A stretch of 64,000 nt of DNA from the NCBI GenBank assembly GCA_949358305.1, contig OX442314.1:9238001-9302000 (forward strand), written 5' to 3'. A program made the translations under genes and the position numbers. The number at the start of each line of letters is the position of its first letter. Position 1 is the stretch's first letter. Under the pieces are notes generated by a model. That model did not search any database and was not told the origin of the DNA. It worked only from the letters and a program-made list of their open reading frames with translations. The DNA comes from Strigamia acuminata. Its lineage: Eukaryota. Shown piece after piece: positions 1 to 14,731 of this stretch.

Positions 1-3000
1 CATTAAATCGCGCTCCACACCTGTCCGCCATCATTCTGTCATTACAGACCCCTCTTGTTCACTCCATTAGGGCCTTTGAATCCCACTCCATCTAATTATT
101 CTTTTAATCCTTTTTTTTCTTGGTTTTAGGCGGCCATTTTTGTGAATAATTAATTTTGGTGCACTTTGTTTGATCTTTTTGCTCGCTCAGGTGTAATTTT
201 TTAAGTGGATGTTAATTTGAGAGATGGAAGTTGAAATTAATAAGTTTTTAGTTGAGTGTGTTTGAATTTTGAAGGGAATGTGGGTTGAGATGGAAGAAAT
301 GGTTTTTTGGGTTTGTTGAGTGATGGTTTCCATGTGTTGGTCGTTTTTCTTTTATTTGATACTCTGTCTCTGTCGTCGGTTAATGAGAATTTTTTATTTT
401 TTATTTTTTTTTTGTTTTTATTTTGTGGGTTTTTATTTAAATCTTTTGGGTGGAATTAGTTTGGGAGTTTTGGACAAGAAAAGCCGACAAATTGGTGAGG
501 ATTTAGTGGAAAGTGCATTGCAATTTGGGTTGATTAAGCGGAGGATTGAAGTTTTTGTGCATTTTGTTTGTGTTTTTGTATTTTGTGTGTCAAAGTTTTA
601 AATATTGGGTGTTGAAAGTGTAAGATTACATTTTTGGGTTAAATTACACGATTGGAGGTGTAATGAACGTGAGGTGTAAATATTACAGTTTTATGTGTGT
701 TGTGTGACCGGAGCGGTAAAAGGAGCCATGGTGTAAATTTACTTCATTATGGTGTAAATGTACTCCATTATGGTGTAAATGGTGTAAATCTATACTGATT
801 TAAATAAACAGGTGTTGAAAAATAAAAATAATGTTTGAAGAGGAACATTTTAATTTTGATTTATTTAAAACCACCATTTTCTTTTGTTGATGAAATCTTT
901 TTGAAATTTATTTTTAATTTCTACCCCATACTCGGATTCAAAAGCAGGTCCATCCATTTCATAGGCCGGTATCCGATCCACTGGTCTATTTTTGGCAGAT
1001 AGTAAATACGAGCACAAAGTATCTCTTACATTTTTATTTATTTAATGTCGAAACTCTTTATAACGAATCGCGATATAAAAAATTATCGATGTAACGAATA
1101 CCTAAAAATGGCTGGTTTGGTTGGCTGGTCATAGAAGACCATGTTAAAAAATTCCCTCCTAGAATATAGTGCACTAAAATTATTTTTTGCAAACTTATAT
1201 AAAATTTTATGTAAAATTTTCTGCAAAAATTTTTTTTTTCTCTTTTCTTTTTAGTAGTTAATTTTTGAAAAATTTAATTCACTGATAGATGAAGTGGGGT
1301 GCGGAAGATCGCCTTGTTTAAAAATGGATCGCGATGCTAAAAAGTTTGGAAACCATCCTCTGCTACCATTGATGATGCTGTATGTTGCGTGGAAACATGG
1401 TCATCAAAAATCCATCGCTAAACACTTAAACCTCCAATAATTTCCAACAATTCCCAACTTATTGGACACAACTCACAAGCAATGCCAAACCCACACGCAT
1501 GTCCCCCAGTAATATCACATACAAATCTTAATAACCGGTATATACCCCAAACAAAAAAAAATTCATACAAAATCAATAAAAGCCACAACTTGCATAATAA
1601 AAAGCAATCTGTCGGCCAAACCCATTCTCCTGACTCACTTTATTGACCAAAAACAGGTGAAACAAACCCCACATAACCTCCATCTATGCGGGTCATTTTC
1701 AATTCGGACACGGACCACTAATTGCTCCTTATTTTTTACTACCTCAATACACACACCCCTAAATTTCTTTGATTACATTTCAATCCAAATCCACCCACCA
1801 TTTTTTTCTTCTTCTAATTTCCATTAGCAATTCCTCCTAATAAGACTAAAAAGACAAATGGCTTCCTTGATTGTTCCTTCAACTAGACAAAAACAACCTC
1901 CCCCCCATCACTTTTTTTCCTTCTTTTTAACCCTCCCACATCAAGTGTCTCGAGTTTGATCAATTCCCTTGTTTAATGGGTTCCACGACACAAAGCCGGC
2001 TCAAGTAATTGGTAAAACAAAGGAAAGAAAGAAAAAAATGAACCATCCTCTGCTACCAAAGAACCATCCTCTGCTACCAAAGTCATCAAATTCATTCGTT
2101 TGGGTCTGCGCATGCGCGCCGCGCTTTTAATACGATTTTGCGTCATGCGATACTCGGTGCAAGTGTCACTGCTGTGAAGACAGGCGTAGTGAGAAGTGGG
2201 GTCGCGTGGCGCCCACCTGGGCTCACCTATTCCCAACCTAGACCCCAACGGTTGACGGGCAGGTGCTTTCGCTTATGGGCGAATGGAGAGGAGTAACTTG
2301 TCAGGGTGAGTGATGTCTGATGGTAGCAAACAACTTCCTCTTTTAATAAAAAATAAATGGGAATTTTCTCTAGCCCGAAGTACATCCCGCGAAATAAAAG
2401 TCAAACTATCGAATGGTATTGTTCAGTGTGGCACCGTCAGGTGGCGTACAAGCGTATTTGAATATAGATGTAACAAAAAATAGAATAAATCTCACTTCCT
2501 GTTTAACATGCAAATGTAACACGTGCCGTAAGTTGTCTCCCACTGCAATTAACGCAATCGACGTGTAATCTCGATGAGTTTTTAAGGCGTTACTGCGTGA
2601 CCCAAAATTGTTTTATTCGATTAGTTATTTTAATGTTAATGAAATTAATCTGAAAAGTAGCCAGCCCTGAACTAGTCGTCAGGAGGTGTAAAATGAATTT
2701 TAGAGATTTGAAATCGGTCGACCGGTTTCGGAGGAGATAGAGTCCGTAGAAAGACGGACAAACGGACTACGCACGATTAATATAACGATGACGATATATA
2801 CCGGTATATTCTTCTTCTGGGTTAGATAAGCAACAGAAATCGCTTTTGTTTCACTTTTATTTCACTTTTGCCAATCGGAACGTGCAAAAGCGATCATTAT
2901 TGACCAATTTTCGTGTTAATTGCGTGGCGTCCTCTGCCGGTTAACGGCGGAAATGATTCTTTGCTCCCTCTGGTGCCAACTCAATTAACCTCACTGTGCG

Positions 3001-5330
3001 TGGGCACACCCCAGGAACCCCCTCATCCTCCCAAACCACCCCGATACACCCCTCAACGCCATTTCTATTTTTGCCAGGTGTTTTTGTTTATTGTACTCCC
3101 GGAAATTTATAGTTGCGGTCGTTACGGCGCTTCGCACGGCGGCCATTTTGGATTTTTGTGTCTCGGTTGCCCGCGAGATGGAGATTTTTGAATTTCTAGA
3201 AAAATCTAATTTGTTTTGGAATAATTAAATGAGAATTTTATTTTTATCTTTTTTTTTTTTTCAAAATGGAGTTGACGGATAAAGAATTTGTGTCTGGCGC
3301 AGTCGGGACCTCCCGTGGAGTTTAGGAAAACTATCCATTTATAAAATGGCGGGCAGGAGGGGGGAATTTGAATAGCTCCGGTTTATACAATGCAAAGTTT
3401 TGATTCTACATGCAGATTAGTTCTTGGGTTTCTTTTGTAAGGAAAAGATTGGACATCACTTGAATCGATTACGGTCTGGAATATGTGCGGCTCACCTGTA
3501 ATCACTTGATTCGAGGGGAGGGAAATGGGTTTGTGGGGAGGGCATCCACTACGGGGAACTGCCCACGCGTCACACGCACTCAAAACATCAACTGCGCATG
3601 CGCTGGTTTATTTACGTGTGTGATGATAATTAACAACACGATTTTAACGTTTTTGATTAATTTTTTTATTGATTAAACCGTGAAATAAATGTTTTTTTAA
3701 ATAAATAAACGAGTGTTTTGGTTTTTTGTCGGTAGGAGGGGGCAAAAATGGCGGCGCGCACGGAATGGTTATTATAAGTTTGGATTTGGTTGTGAGTGCC
3801 CGGCGGATTTTCAAGCCTGATTCAATTGTCGTTTGGGCTTTGATTAGCGCCCACTCGACTCGCATGTCGATGTGCGGGGATTGTGTGAGTGTCAGTCGGA
3901 ACCCTTTTAACCCGTAATACAATTTGCTGATAGTTAGCATAGCGATGTCGTCGAGTGTTGTCAAGGTGATTGCGTTACGAACACCGATACACCGATTCGA
4001 TTCCCCTTCCAGCAAAATGCACTCATCGCATTACAAGTTTCACGTTCTTCAATTTTTAATTCGAAAAAGCTTAAAATCATTCGCGAACATTTTAGAGACA
4101 AATCGCCGCCATTTTACACGCACCGGTTGTTGCGCCCGTTTGACTCGGCGTCAGATTAATGACCAAATTGTGTTATAAATCGACGAAATGTGACGTCATT
4201 TGAAGAAATAACAACCAAATGGCCTCCATTTAGCTCAGCGCGATTTCATATGAAAACCGGTCGTTGAATGGCTTATGGGTCTTGAATCATGGCGCGGATT
4301 AATAGCCGGGGCTCTTAATCGAAGCTGAACCACGCTTTTTATATGAAAATATTTTTTTTTATAACAATTTCTAGTTTTCGACAGAACTGTCGGGCGTTTA
4401 ATGCCACAACAACATATATATAATATATATATAAATAAAAAAAAATGTTGAATAATGAATTTGATCTCGTGTTTCCCCTTCAAACTCAAATTGATGTATT
4501 TTTTTTCCCGTGTTTTTGTCAGTTGCAAAATTGAAGGGGATTTTTTTTTTGTTTTCTTTTCTGATGGAAATTCATGCTTATATTGAAAAATGAATTAGTA
4601 ATCGCATAGAAAATGGCTGCGTCTGTCTCATTTCGCTGATAACATCTTGGTTTCTTTTATCTGACACGAATTAACATCCATATTGACCTCCGTAAATAAA
4701 ATATGGTCGAAACAAGCAGTCACGTAACAGATATGACTGTCAAACTCGTCACGAACAATTTCACCCACATGTATGAGCCGAGCGCCCCCTTGCGGGTCCG
4801 GGGTCCTTCGTATTTGCATGTTGTTAAATAAAAATGAGAATGTGGAGGGAAAAAATGGGATTGTTGGTAATTTTTATGTTTGAATCGCAGCGATGGATCT
4901 GATTGCAATTTAGGGTCATTTGTATCGTATTGTTTCCACTCCAGCTGCGAGGTCGAAGCGGGACCTCGGATCAAGGGTCGGTTTGGTTTCATTATTTATT
5001 GCATGTGTGAATGTTGAGTTTGTTTGTTTTTTCGAGTGGAATAGGCGTTTTTGGATGGGTTTTGGATTGGTTAAAGATGGGTCTAAAATGCCTATGGTTT
5101 CAAAAATTTGATTTTAAAGGTAAAAGTTATTTTTTTTTTTTAAATTTGGGTTTTGGTTGATAGAAATTGTAAAAAATGATGAAATAAATGAGGAAAATGC
5201 ATTTAAAAAAATTTAGATTGGTCTAAAATGTCTGTAGTTTTATGAATGGGCTGATTTTTAGGGCAAAAGTGATTTTTTTTTAATTAGATTTTTGGAAAAA
5301 AAACACTAAAGTGATTAAATGAAGCGGAAA

Positions 5331-5512
5331 AATGCATTAAAAAATTATAAATGAGTCTAAAATGCATTAAAAAATTATAAACGGGTCTAAAATGCATTAA
5401 AAATTCTAAATGGGTCTAATTTGCATTAAAAAATTATAAATGGGTCTAAAATGCATTAAAAATTCTTGTTGGGTCTAATATGCATTAAAAAATTATAAAT
5501 GGGTCTAAAATG
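5331..5512. repeat. 30-bp minisatellite, about 6 copies
   Basis: Unit AATGCATTAAAAAATTATAAATGGGTCTAA. Confidence 0.9.
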
Positions 5513-6529
5513 TCTATAATATCATACAAGTAAATGTGTGTGATTTTTATACTATTTAAGTTTTTATTTTAAAAAATCCCAGAAATGATGAAAGAAAATT
5601 TAAAACATGCATTTTTTATAATACATTCAAAAGAGGTCTAAAATGCCTATATACGGTAGTTTTAGAAATTTGCTAAAAATTATTTTTTTGATTTGAGTTT
5701 TGATTAGAAAAATCACAAAAATGATAAAATTAATAAGAAAAATGCATTTTTAAAAGGAAATAACTTTAAAACAGGTCTAAAAATGTCTAAAATTTCATAA
5801 ATTTACTATTCCAAGCTAAAAGTAATTTTTTAATTGAATTTCTGATTTAAAAAAATCACAAAAATGATAAATAATTAATAAAAAATAATAAAAATAAATG
5901 TTAATCACAAAAATAATAAAATAAATTTCAATCACAAAAATAACAAAAATAAATGTCAAAAACCCACTTTTACCAAACAAAATTTAAAAAACCAGTCTAA
6001 AAATCTCCATAATTTCATATATTTATATTTATTAAAAAAAAAAAAAAAATTTGTTATAACGAGGTTGTGACCTCTTAATTGCTTCTGGTTGCAAAAAAAA
6101 GAAGAAAAAGTAGCTGCATGACGTCAAGTAAAGTGAGGGATGCCATGGAGGGGCTGGGGGGGTCGCCAGGAGTCGCCAGGCAGACCGGCCCCGGATGGCC
6201 GGGCACCTCATCGCCTCAGGGTGCCCGGGAACTCGGGAAGGTGAGAGGGGTGTCGGGATGAGGGGAGACGCAGAGTGTGTAGTCAAACTGCAACTTGCGA
6301 TTTTTTTTTTGTTCAATTTTATTTTACTACATGAGCCACGTGTGCTCGAACGTGCTGCCAGTGTCGGACAAGTGGATTTATAAAAGAATGATATTTAGAA
6401 GAAAAAAAACTGAAGGGGAAAAAAAATCCATAAAATAAAATGTTAATCCAAGTGCTGAAGCGCATGCGTGATTTAAGTTGACCTTTTATCAATTTTAGAC
6501 AGGGTTTTTAATTTTTCTTTTTGGTCAGT

Positions 6530-7155
6530 TTTGTTCGACGGGATTTTGTTTGAGTTGGGCGGGAGATGGTCGCTTGGTTGCGGCGGAGTTGATCGCGCAT
6601 CACCGTCGAAATGTCTGAGTGATTAAAACGTCGGATAAATGTTGAAAAAGTTTAGATTTTAGACTTGGGGATGAAATTTTAGTCCATTTAGGCCCTGTTT
6701 TTAATATTTTTGAAAATTTCAATTTTTGAAAGGTGATTTTTGCACGAAATTGTGTTCGACGAGATTTGTGTTCCCATGCGGGCTGTGGTCGCCTCGCCGC
6801 GGCACAACAGATCGCGCATCACCGTCGAAAAATTCACGCTCTTAAAAAGCGCAAAAAAACTCGATATTTTAGACTTGCGAATGAACTTTTAGTCTCTTTA
6901 GACCTATTTTGAATCCCATCTCTTTATTACACCTCAAATAAATTTTTATTTCTTTATTTTTGCACGAAATTACTTCCGACGGGAATATTCGTATCCCCAC
7001 GCGGGCGAAGCTCGCTTTTCCTCCGCCCAAAAACCGCGCATCACCCGTCGAAAAATCAAAAACTAAAAAACTCCAAATTAAATAAAAAAAAATTGACATT
7101 TTAGACTAACAAACAACTTTTTAGTCCCTTTAGGCCTATTTTGAATCCCATCTCT
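6530..7155. repeat. Degenerate tandem triplication of a unit of about 220 bp
   Basis: CGCGCATCACC(C)GTCGAAA and TTTTAGACT...TTTAGTC...TTTAG(G/A)CC recur three times (near 6594, 6813, 7035). Confidence 0.75.
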
Positions 7156-7829
7156 TAATTCCCCCCCCACTCTTTACACAAGATAAGAGGAATTCTCACG
7201 AGGGGGTGTTTTGTGTGCACTGTGCATGTGCAGGGCTTTTTGTCTCTCTCTGATTGGTCTGATGGATAAGGATCGCAATTTTCGACGATCCAAATTGGAT
7301 GTTGCGCCAATAAAGAAAGAAAAATCCCACACTTTATGTCGCACCTTATGTTTGTCCGACCGAAAATGGCGTCGGCTTTCGATTTTATCGGCCGAAACAA
7401 GAGCGCACAACAAACGGGATTAGGGAGCATTGTGGGTAATCTGGTGATTTAATGACGCAATGCGCAGGTAATTGAGAAAGTTGAGTGTGGCGAGAATTTT
7501 TCGAATTGTTGGAGTTGTTTGCATTTGGAGACGGAAAACTGACCCGGATGATCAATTGAGGCTTTAATCAAGAGTTTGTTGGATACGTGCGTCGCATGTT
7601 GAGGGATTCGGGCCAGGGTTGGGCTTGGCTGCATGTCATATTCAATTGTTATGCTTTTTTTTTCGGGTTGAGTGATGAATAGCGGAAGTGAGCAAAGTTT
7701 TGTTTGGTTCGTGGATACGCACAAAGAGAGGGAGTTGGGATTGTGTGCGGGGAGCCCGAGATGGCGTTTGGTTGTGGATTATCTTGATTTTGGAGGGGAA
7801 AGGGTTGAATGGGAGGGGGGGAGGAAGTG

Positions 7830-7868
<39 letters not shown>

Positions 7869-8376
7869 GTGGGGTTTGCAGAATCGGGGAAATGCAAATT
7901 GGGGTAATCGGTGAGGGATCATTGTGTCATCGGGATTGGGTGTAAAGTGAAGGGTATGAAAGGGTTGTGAAAGATGGGGGGGGATGTGAGGGGGTGTGAA
8001 TTTTTTTTTTTTTGGTGGATTTGAAAATTGGGTTTTTTTTGGGGTGGAAATTGGAAGGTTTGGATTTAGGTTTTGGGAAAATTGTTTTATTTTGGAATTT
8101 TGTGTTTGAAAAATTGTGCTTTTTGGAGTTTTGAGTTGGAAAATTTTGATTTTTTTAGTTTTGAGTAGAAAATTTGTGATTTTTTTGGAGTTTTGTGTGG
8201 GAAAATTGGAATTTTTGGAAATTTCAGTTGGATAATTGAGATTTTTCGGTGATAAATGGAGTTTTGAGTCGGAAAATTGGGAGTTTTGGGTCGAAAATTT
8301 AGTTTTGAGTCCGAAAATTGGGATTTATGGTAGGAAAATTGAAATTTCTGGCAGGAAAATTGGAATTTTTGGCTAG

Positions 8377-8520
8377 AAAATGGAGTTTTGAGTCGAAAAA
8401 TGGAGTTTTGAGTCGAAAAATGGAGTTTTGAGTCGAAAAATGGAGTTTTGAGTCGAAAAATGGAGTTTTGAGTCGAAAAATGGCGTTTTGAGTCGAAAAA
8501 TGGAGTTTTGAGCCGAAAAA
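8377..8520. repeat. 20-bp minisatellite, about 7 copies
   Basis: Unit AAAAATGGAGTTTTGAGTCG. Confidence 0.95.
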
Positions 8521-9659
8521 TCGAAACTTCAGCACTTTCATCATCGAAAAAATTAAACTTCTCCTCCATTCGTCTAATCCCAAACTCAAATTCAACCTCC
8601 ACATTCCCAAAATCACACTCCCAAACCCCAAACAACATTTCCCACCACTAAACCCCCCCCCCCCCAACCCCTCCCAGCAAACAAACTGTCCCATCTCCAG
8701 TCTCCACTCCATCTTTTCTCATTCTCCTCTTCATCCTATTGATCCTCCCGTTCCGCCTTGGCTCATTAGCGATAACGAGGCAAACCCTCGCGCGCAACTT
8801 CCCAACCTCATTACACCGACTTAATGACAAATTAATTAATTAACTCAAAAAACCCCGAAAGCAACACGTGGATCCTCCGCACCTGTTGCACAAACGCGCG
8901 CCCCGATTCCCCAAAAAACCCGCAACACCGCCACCAGATGGCGCGCGCAACCCCCTCACCTGCGCGTCCCCGCCGTGACGTCATCGCCGACGAGGAAAAA
9001 TGGCGAAGGAAAGGAAGAGAAGGGTGAACAATAAAAATGGAGCCGTGGTTTGGAGCGCGGTTCATCGATCGAGGTAATTAGGCCTAAATGAAGATTGAGG
9101 GGGAGGCCGAGGAAGTGATTGGGTTCCATTAAAAATTAACCACATCCAACGGTGACAGGAAGGAAATTGATCAAAAATAATACACAACGCATTACGCATG
9201 CGCAACACGACATAAGAGAAAGTGAAATTAATTAAGGTCCATTAGTGGACGCGAAACGCATGCAGCGATGTGTGACGTTTTCTTTGGTTGAAGTTTGGTG
9301 CGCATGCGCGGGGGGAGGGTGGGTGGGTTTTTTTTTGTTATGCGTGGTTTGGTTCTGGTTCAATTGCGTGTTAAATGACCACCTGTGCTCGGGTTTAATT
9401 AATGCAACGTGATGTCGTTATTAATTCATGGTGATGTTGATTTTATTCAAGATGGTGGAGCGTGGCAGATGATGGAAGCGTCGGTGGAGAAATGAGATGT
9501 TTCGTGTTTGGGTTTGTTCGGTGGGAGTTGGAGGTGGTTTGGAGGCGAGGACACGGTAGAGGGCATTAAAACGTTGGGTTGGGTTGAGTTTTGCGTGGAT
9601 TTTGGGGTGTTTAATGTTGGTTTTGTGTGGATTTTGTGTTTTGGCGTTGATTTTGGTTG

Positions 9660-10360
9660 GATTTAGTGGTTTTAACATTGTTTTTGGAGTAATGTGTTGG
9701 TTTTAACGGGTTTTTTGCAGTTTTTATTGGTTTTAACGTTGTTTGTACAGTAATTATTGGTTTTAACGTTGTTTGTACAGTAATTATTGGTTTTAACGTT
9801 GTTTTTACAGTAATTATTGGTTTTAACGTTGTTTTTACAGTAATTATTGGTTTTAACGCTGTTTATACAGAATTTATTGGTTTTAACGTTGGTTTTGTGT
9901 ACATTTGTGGTGTTTAACGTTGGTTTTGCGTGGATTTAGTGTTTTGACGTTGATTTTGCGTGGATTTAGTTGTTTTAACGTTGTTTTTGCAGTAATGTAT
10001 TGGTTTTTAACGTTATTCTACAAAAATTTATTGTTTACAGCGTAGTTTTACACACGTATTTATTGGTTTTGACGTTATTTTGCAAATTTTTATTAGTTTT
10101 AACGTTATTTTGCAAATTTTTATTAGTTTTAACGTTATTTTGCAAATTTTTATTAGTTTTAACGTTATTTTGCAAATTTTTATTAGTTTTAACGTTATTT
10201 TGCAAATTTTTATTAATTTTAACGTTATTTTGCAAATTTTTATTAGTTTTAACGTTATTTTAATTTTTTTTTATTAGTTTTAACGTTATTTTGCAAATAT
10301 TAATTAATTTTTTAGCGATGTTTTCACACGTATTTATAACTTTTAACGTTATTTTGCAAA
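9660..10360. repeat. 30-bp minisatellite with two variant blocks
   Basis: Units TAATTATTGGTTTTAACGTTGTTTGTACAG and TTTATTAGTTTTAACGTTATTTTGCAAATT. Confidence 0.9.
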
Positions 10361-11496
10361 TACTTGTTTTCACACGTATTCACAAATATTAACGTGTTTT
10401 TTATTTCCTAAAAAATTCATCAATTTCGTATTCCGCTGTACGTGAAATTTTATTTATTTCCGTCCAATCTCCGGTATTGAATTTTTAATTCCCAGCGTAT
10501 TTAACGTTTCCCCATCTCCAGCAATCACCAAACACAAAAAAATCGTTACCAAAATATGACCACGCAATTATTTACCTTTCCCTTTTCGCAAACTGTCAGT
10601 GCAAAAATTATTCCACTGATTTCAACGCGAGATAACGATACGATGCCAGAGTATAATAGCAAACTAGAAAAACTATCAACAAATTTTGACTCACGGTACA
10701 TTATAACAACCGCACGGACACGTCAATCACGTTGCATTCATTTCCAGCTCGAGTCAAATTCGGATCGTGAACAAACATGGCGTGAGTTACAAAATAGAGT
10801 TCCCATCCGAGCGAATATGTCATAAATAACGTCGCAATCGCAAACAAACGTGAATTATTTATTCGCTTCACTGCATGGCGCGCGGGGCAGCAGCAAAGCC
10901 GCACTTCGGGCGGAGTTTTTTGCGCTTTGTAAATTGAGACGTCAAATGCGTTTTGTTTGTCGCGAGACGAATCGGACCAAGGCGTCGAGTGTGAATGATG
11001 GCGAGTGACGCAGCAATTAAAAATTGGAGCGTTTTTTTTGTGTGGGACTTCCGGTTTGGAGCGGAAGTGACGAAAATTAGATGAATTTTGTTCGGGGTTA
11101 ATTATGCTTTATTGAAGAGAATGTGTTTGGACGAGGGAGGTTTGCGATGCATTACTGTGACGGCGTTGTAGTTGGAAGTTTTGGGTTGTGATGCGGGAAG
11201 TAAATGTGCGGATTGGAATTGAGTTTTGTGGGGGAAAGGTGAAAAATTGAAGTGTTTTGAGTGGAGATGGAGTTTTGGGTATGAAATAGTTAATTTTTTT
11301 GGGAAATTTTCTTGTTTTAAGTGAAGAGTTCACAAATGAATGCAATTTTTCGTTTAAGAATTCGGTTTTGCACACAAAAATTTGGTTTTACGGACAAAAA
11401 TTTGGTTTTACACCCGAAAATTTGGTTTTACACCAAAAAATTCTGTTTTCACACCCAATAATTCAATTTGACACTCAGAAATTTAATTTTACATTT

Positions 11497-11905
11497 AATC
11501 AATTTTTCCACAAAAAAATCATTATTTTCACATAAAAAACAATTTTTCCACAGAAAAATCAATTTTTCCACAGAAAAATCAATTTTTCCACAGAAAAATC
11601 AATTTTTCCACAAAAAAATCAATTTTTCCACAAAAAAATCAATTTTTCCACAAAAAAATCAATTTTTCCACAAAAAAATCAATTTTTCCACAAAAAAATC
11701 AATTTTTCCACAAAAAAATCAATTTTTCCACAAAAAAATCAATTTTTCCACAAAAAAATCAATTTTTCCACAAAAAAATCAATTTTTCCACAAAAAAATC
11801 AATTTTTCCACAAAAAAATCAATTTTTCCACAAAAAAATCAATTTTTCCACAAAACAATCAATTTTTCCACAAAACAATCAATTCTTTCACAAATAAATC
11901 AATTT
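11497..11905. repeat. 20-bp minisatellite, left block
   Basis: Unit AATCAATTTTTCCACAAAAA. Confidence 0.95.
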
Positions 11906-12943
11906 TGTTGTGTTCTGTATATGTGTTGAACTGCTGGAGCAGCGATTGAAAGAAGATAATTGTCGGTCTGTGGATATGAAGTGGCAAGCCATGACGTGCA
12001 AACCAATCCTTTAAAACCCGGACGGTTGCCGCGGCTGTAGTGGTTTTCATGATTGCCACCTCGCACCATTTAGACTTTGCATCAACTGCCAATAAAAAAT
12101 TATAGTTCATAAATGGACCCGCAAAATCTAGGTGAACCCTTCCCCATACGGTGTCTGGAAGATTCCTTTGGGGAGAGGGCAGATTGCGAGCGCAGATGTC
12201 GCAACCCTTTATTGTTATTTCGATTTGGGAGTCGAACTGGGGCCACCAAACCACAAGAGCGGGCCAATAATTTAGTCCGCACTATGCCTGCATGACCGGC
12301 ATGAAGTTCAATTAGTACACTGCTGTTCCGTAACTTGTGCGGAATAATTATTCTTTCTCCGAAAAATAAAATTCCATCATTAGTTGATAAGGAATGGCGA
12401 ATTTTGTAAAAAGGTTGCAAGTTGCATTTTGACTTATTTAGCCTTAGACCCTTTTCTTTGAATACATTCAAAACCATATAGAAGTTGATGAGGTGTTCCT
12501 CATCAGTGGTCCCTGTAGTGCATGTGGCATCAATAAAAGGTCTGGTCATGAGAGCGGGAGCCACTAATTTGCTTCACAGCTTTTTGTAAAATAGCTGGGA
12601 CAGATGAGATGCGGGATGCCATAAAAAAGTTGGTTCACTTCATCCCATGTGTGTGTTTATGACACACAATTGTTTACTCGTTATAAGCATCCTCGTCGTT
12701 GAACTGCTGGAGCAGCAATTGAAAGAATGTGATTGTCGGTCTTTGTCTTAACTACATTTGAATTATTCTTGAGAAAGAGCAAGGGAAGTATACAACATGA
12801 GCACCCTTATATTTTGTAACCAATATTGGTTACAAAATTGTTAAAGGTCACGCATTGAAAGAGGGAGGGTAATAAAAGAGAGAGTGCACAAGGCCAATAA
12901 ATGTACATAACATTTCACTGCTAAACACTGCAGTTATATATCC
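11906..12943 (-). mobile_element. Degenerate, internally deleted Ty3/Gypsy pol fragment (Mag/K02A2.6-like) inserted in the minisatellite; boundaries approximate
   Basis: Frameshifted RT piece (EEHLINF...GLRLNKSKC), integrase zinc domain (LHAGHAG...CDIC) and core (WGRVHLDFAGP, AVDAKSKW, FARHGLP). Direct repeat of about 45 bp at 11925 and 12698. Confidence 0.85.
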
Positions 12944-12979
12944 AATTAAATTTTCCATAAAACAATGAATTTTACATCC

Positions 12980-14240
12980 AATCAATTTTTCCACAAAAAC
13001 ATCAATTTTTCAACAAAAACATCAATTTTTTCACAAAAACATCAATTTTTCCACAAAAACATCAATTTTTCCACAAAAACATCAATTTTTCCACAAAAAC
13101 ATCAATTTTTCCACAAAAACATCAATTTTTCCACAAAAACATCAATTTTCCCACAAAAACATCAATTTTCCCACAAAAACATCAATTTTCCCACAAAAAC
13201 ATCAATTTTCCCACAAAAACATCAATTTTTCCACAAAAAAATCAATTTTTCCACAAAAAAATCAATTTTTCCACAAAAAAATCAATTTTTCCACAAAAAA
13301 ATCAATTTTTCCACAAAAACATCAATTTTTCCACAAAAACATCAATTTTTCCACAAAAACATCAATTTTTCCACAAAACAATCAATTTTTCCACACATAA
13401 ATCAATTTTACATCCAATCAATTTTTCCACAAAAAAATCAATTTTTCCACAAAAAAATCAATTTTTCCACAAAAACATCAATTTTTCCACAAAAACATCA
13501 ATTTTTCCACAAAAACATCAATTTTTCCACAAAACAATCAATTTTTCCACAAAAACATCAATTTTTCCACAAAAAAATCAATTTTTCCACAAAAAAATCA
13601 ATTTTTCCACAAAAAAATCAATTTTTCCACAAAAAAATCAATTTTTCCACAAAAACATCAATTTTTCCACAAAAACATCAATTTTTCCACAAAAACATCA
13701 ATTTTTCCACAAAACAATCAATTTTTCCACACATAAATCAATTTTACATCCAATCAATTTTTCCACAAAAAAATCAATTTTTCCACAAAAAAATCAATTT
13801 TTCCACAAAAACATCAATTTTTCCACAAAAACATCAATTTTTCCACAAAAACATCAATTTTTCCACAAAACAATCAATTTTTCCACACATAAATCAATTT
13901 TACATCCAATCAATTTTTCCACAAAAACATCAATTTTTCAACAAAAACATCAATTTTTCCACAAAAACATCAATTTTTCCACAAAAACATCAATTTTTCC
14001 ACAAAAACATCAATTTTTCCACAAAAACATCAATTTTTCCACAAAACAATCAATTTTTCCACACATAAATCAATTTTACATCCAATCAATTTTTCCACAA
14101 AAAGATCAATTTTCCCACAAAAACATCAATTTTCCCACAAAAACATCAATTTTCCCACAAAAACATCAATTTTTCCACAAAAACATCAATTTTTCCACAA
14201 AAAAATCAATTTTTCCACAAAAAAATCAATTTTCCACAAA
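12980..14240. repeat. 20-bp minisatellite, right block, with higher-order variants
   Basis: Unit ATCAATTTTTCCACAAAAAC; variant CACATAAATCAATTTTACATCC recurs about 4 times. Confidence 0.95.
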
Positions 14241-14711
14241 AATCCGATTTTCCAAAATCCGATTTCGTTTTTATGACGGAAAAACCGTCACTTCCGGGCT
14301 CCCAAAATCAGCTAAATCAGCGAAATCCATTTTATATTGAACGCGCCTAATATTTTACCCAAAAAATCAATTTATTCTACTCAAAAAATCAACAACAAAG
14401 AGTTAGTATGTAACTTTCTAAAATTACACGTCCGAACACGTCTATCCAACAAATCCCGAACCCAAAAGAAACCAAACCAACAAAAAAAAACGCCCGCTTG
14501 TAAAAACGAAAAGCAAAACGTAAACAAATGACTTTCACTTTAATCCAGTTCCTAAACATTCGAAAGTTTTCGCGGGAAGTGATTCACCTGAGGTTACGCA
14601 CCTGTTGACACACCTGCAACCGGTGAGGGGAAACGATGACCGTGACTCGAGACTCCACCATCATCACTGACCTCGTTTTCGAGCCGGCAACAGGGTCGTC
14701 AACCTTCGTCG

Positions 14712-14731
14712 TAACAAGTTCCGACATGTTC
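14712..14731. promoter_or_regulatory. p53-family response element candidate
   Basis: TAACAAGTTC-CGACATGTTC: two adjacent RRRCWWGYYY half-sites with intact CWWG cores, one mismatch each and no spacer, about 180 bp upstream of ATG 14910. Confidence 0.5.

Noticed and set aside
2350..2795. Possible Helitron/Helentron non-autonomous ends
   Set aside because: Only a vague resemblance (ACGGAC repeats, TATAGAT end); termini could not be defined.
8087..10277. ORFs with periodic peptides
   Set aside because: Minisatellite artefacts.
11468..14068. 153-aa and 367-aa ORFs and a CRISPR-like appearance
   Set aside because: They are translations of a stop-free 20-bp tandem repeat; there are no unique spacers or cas genes, and the context is eukaryotic.
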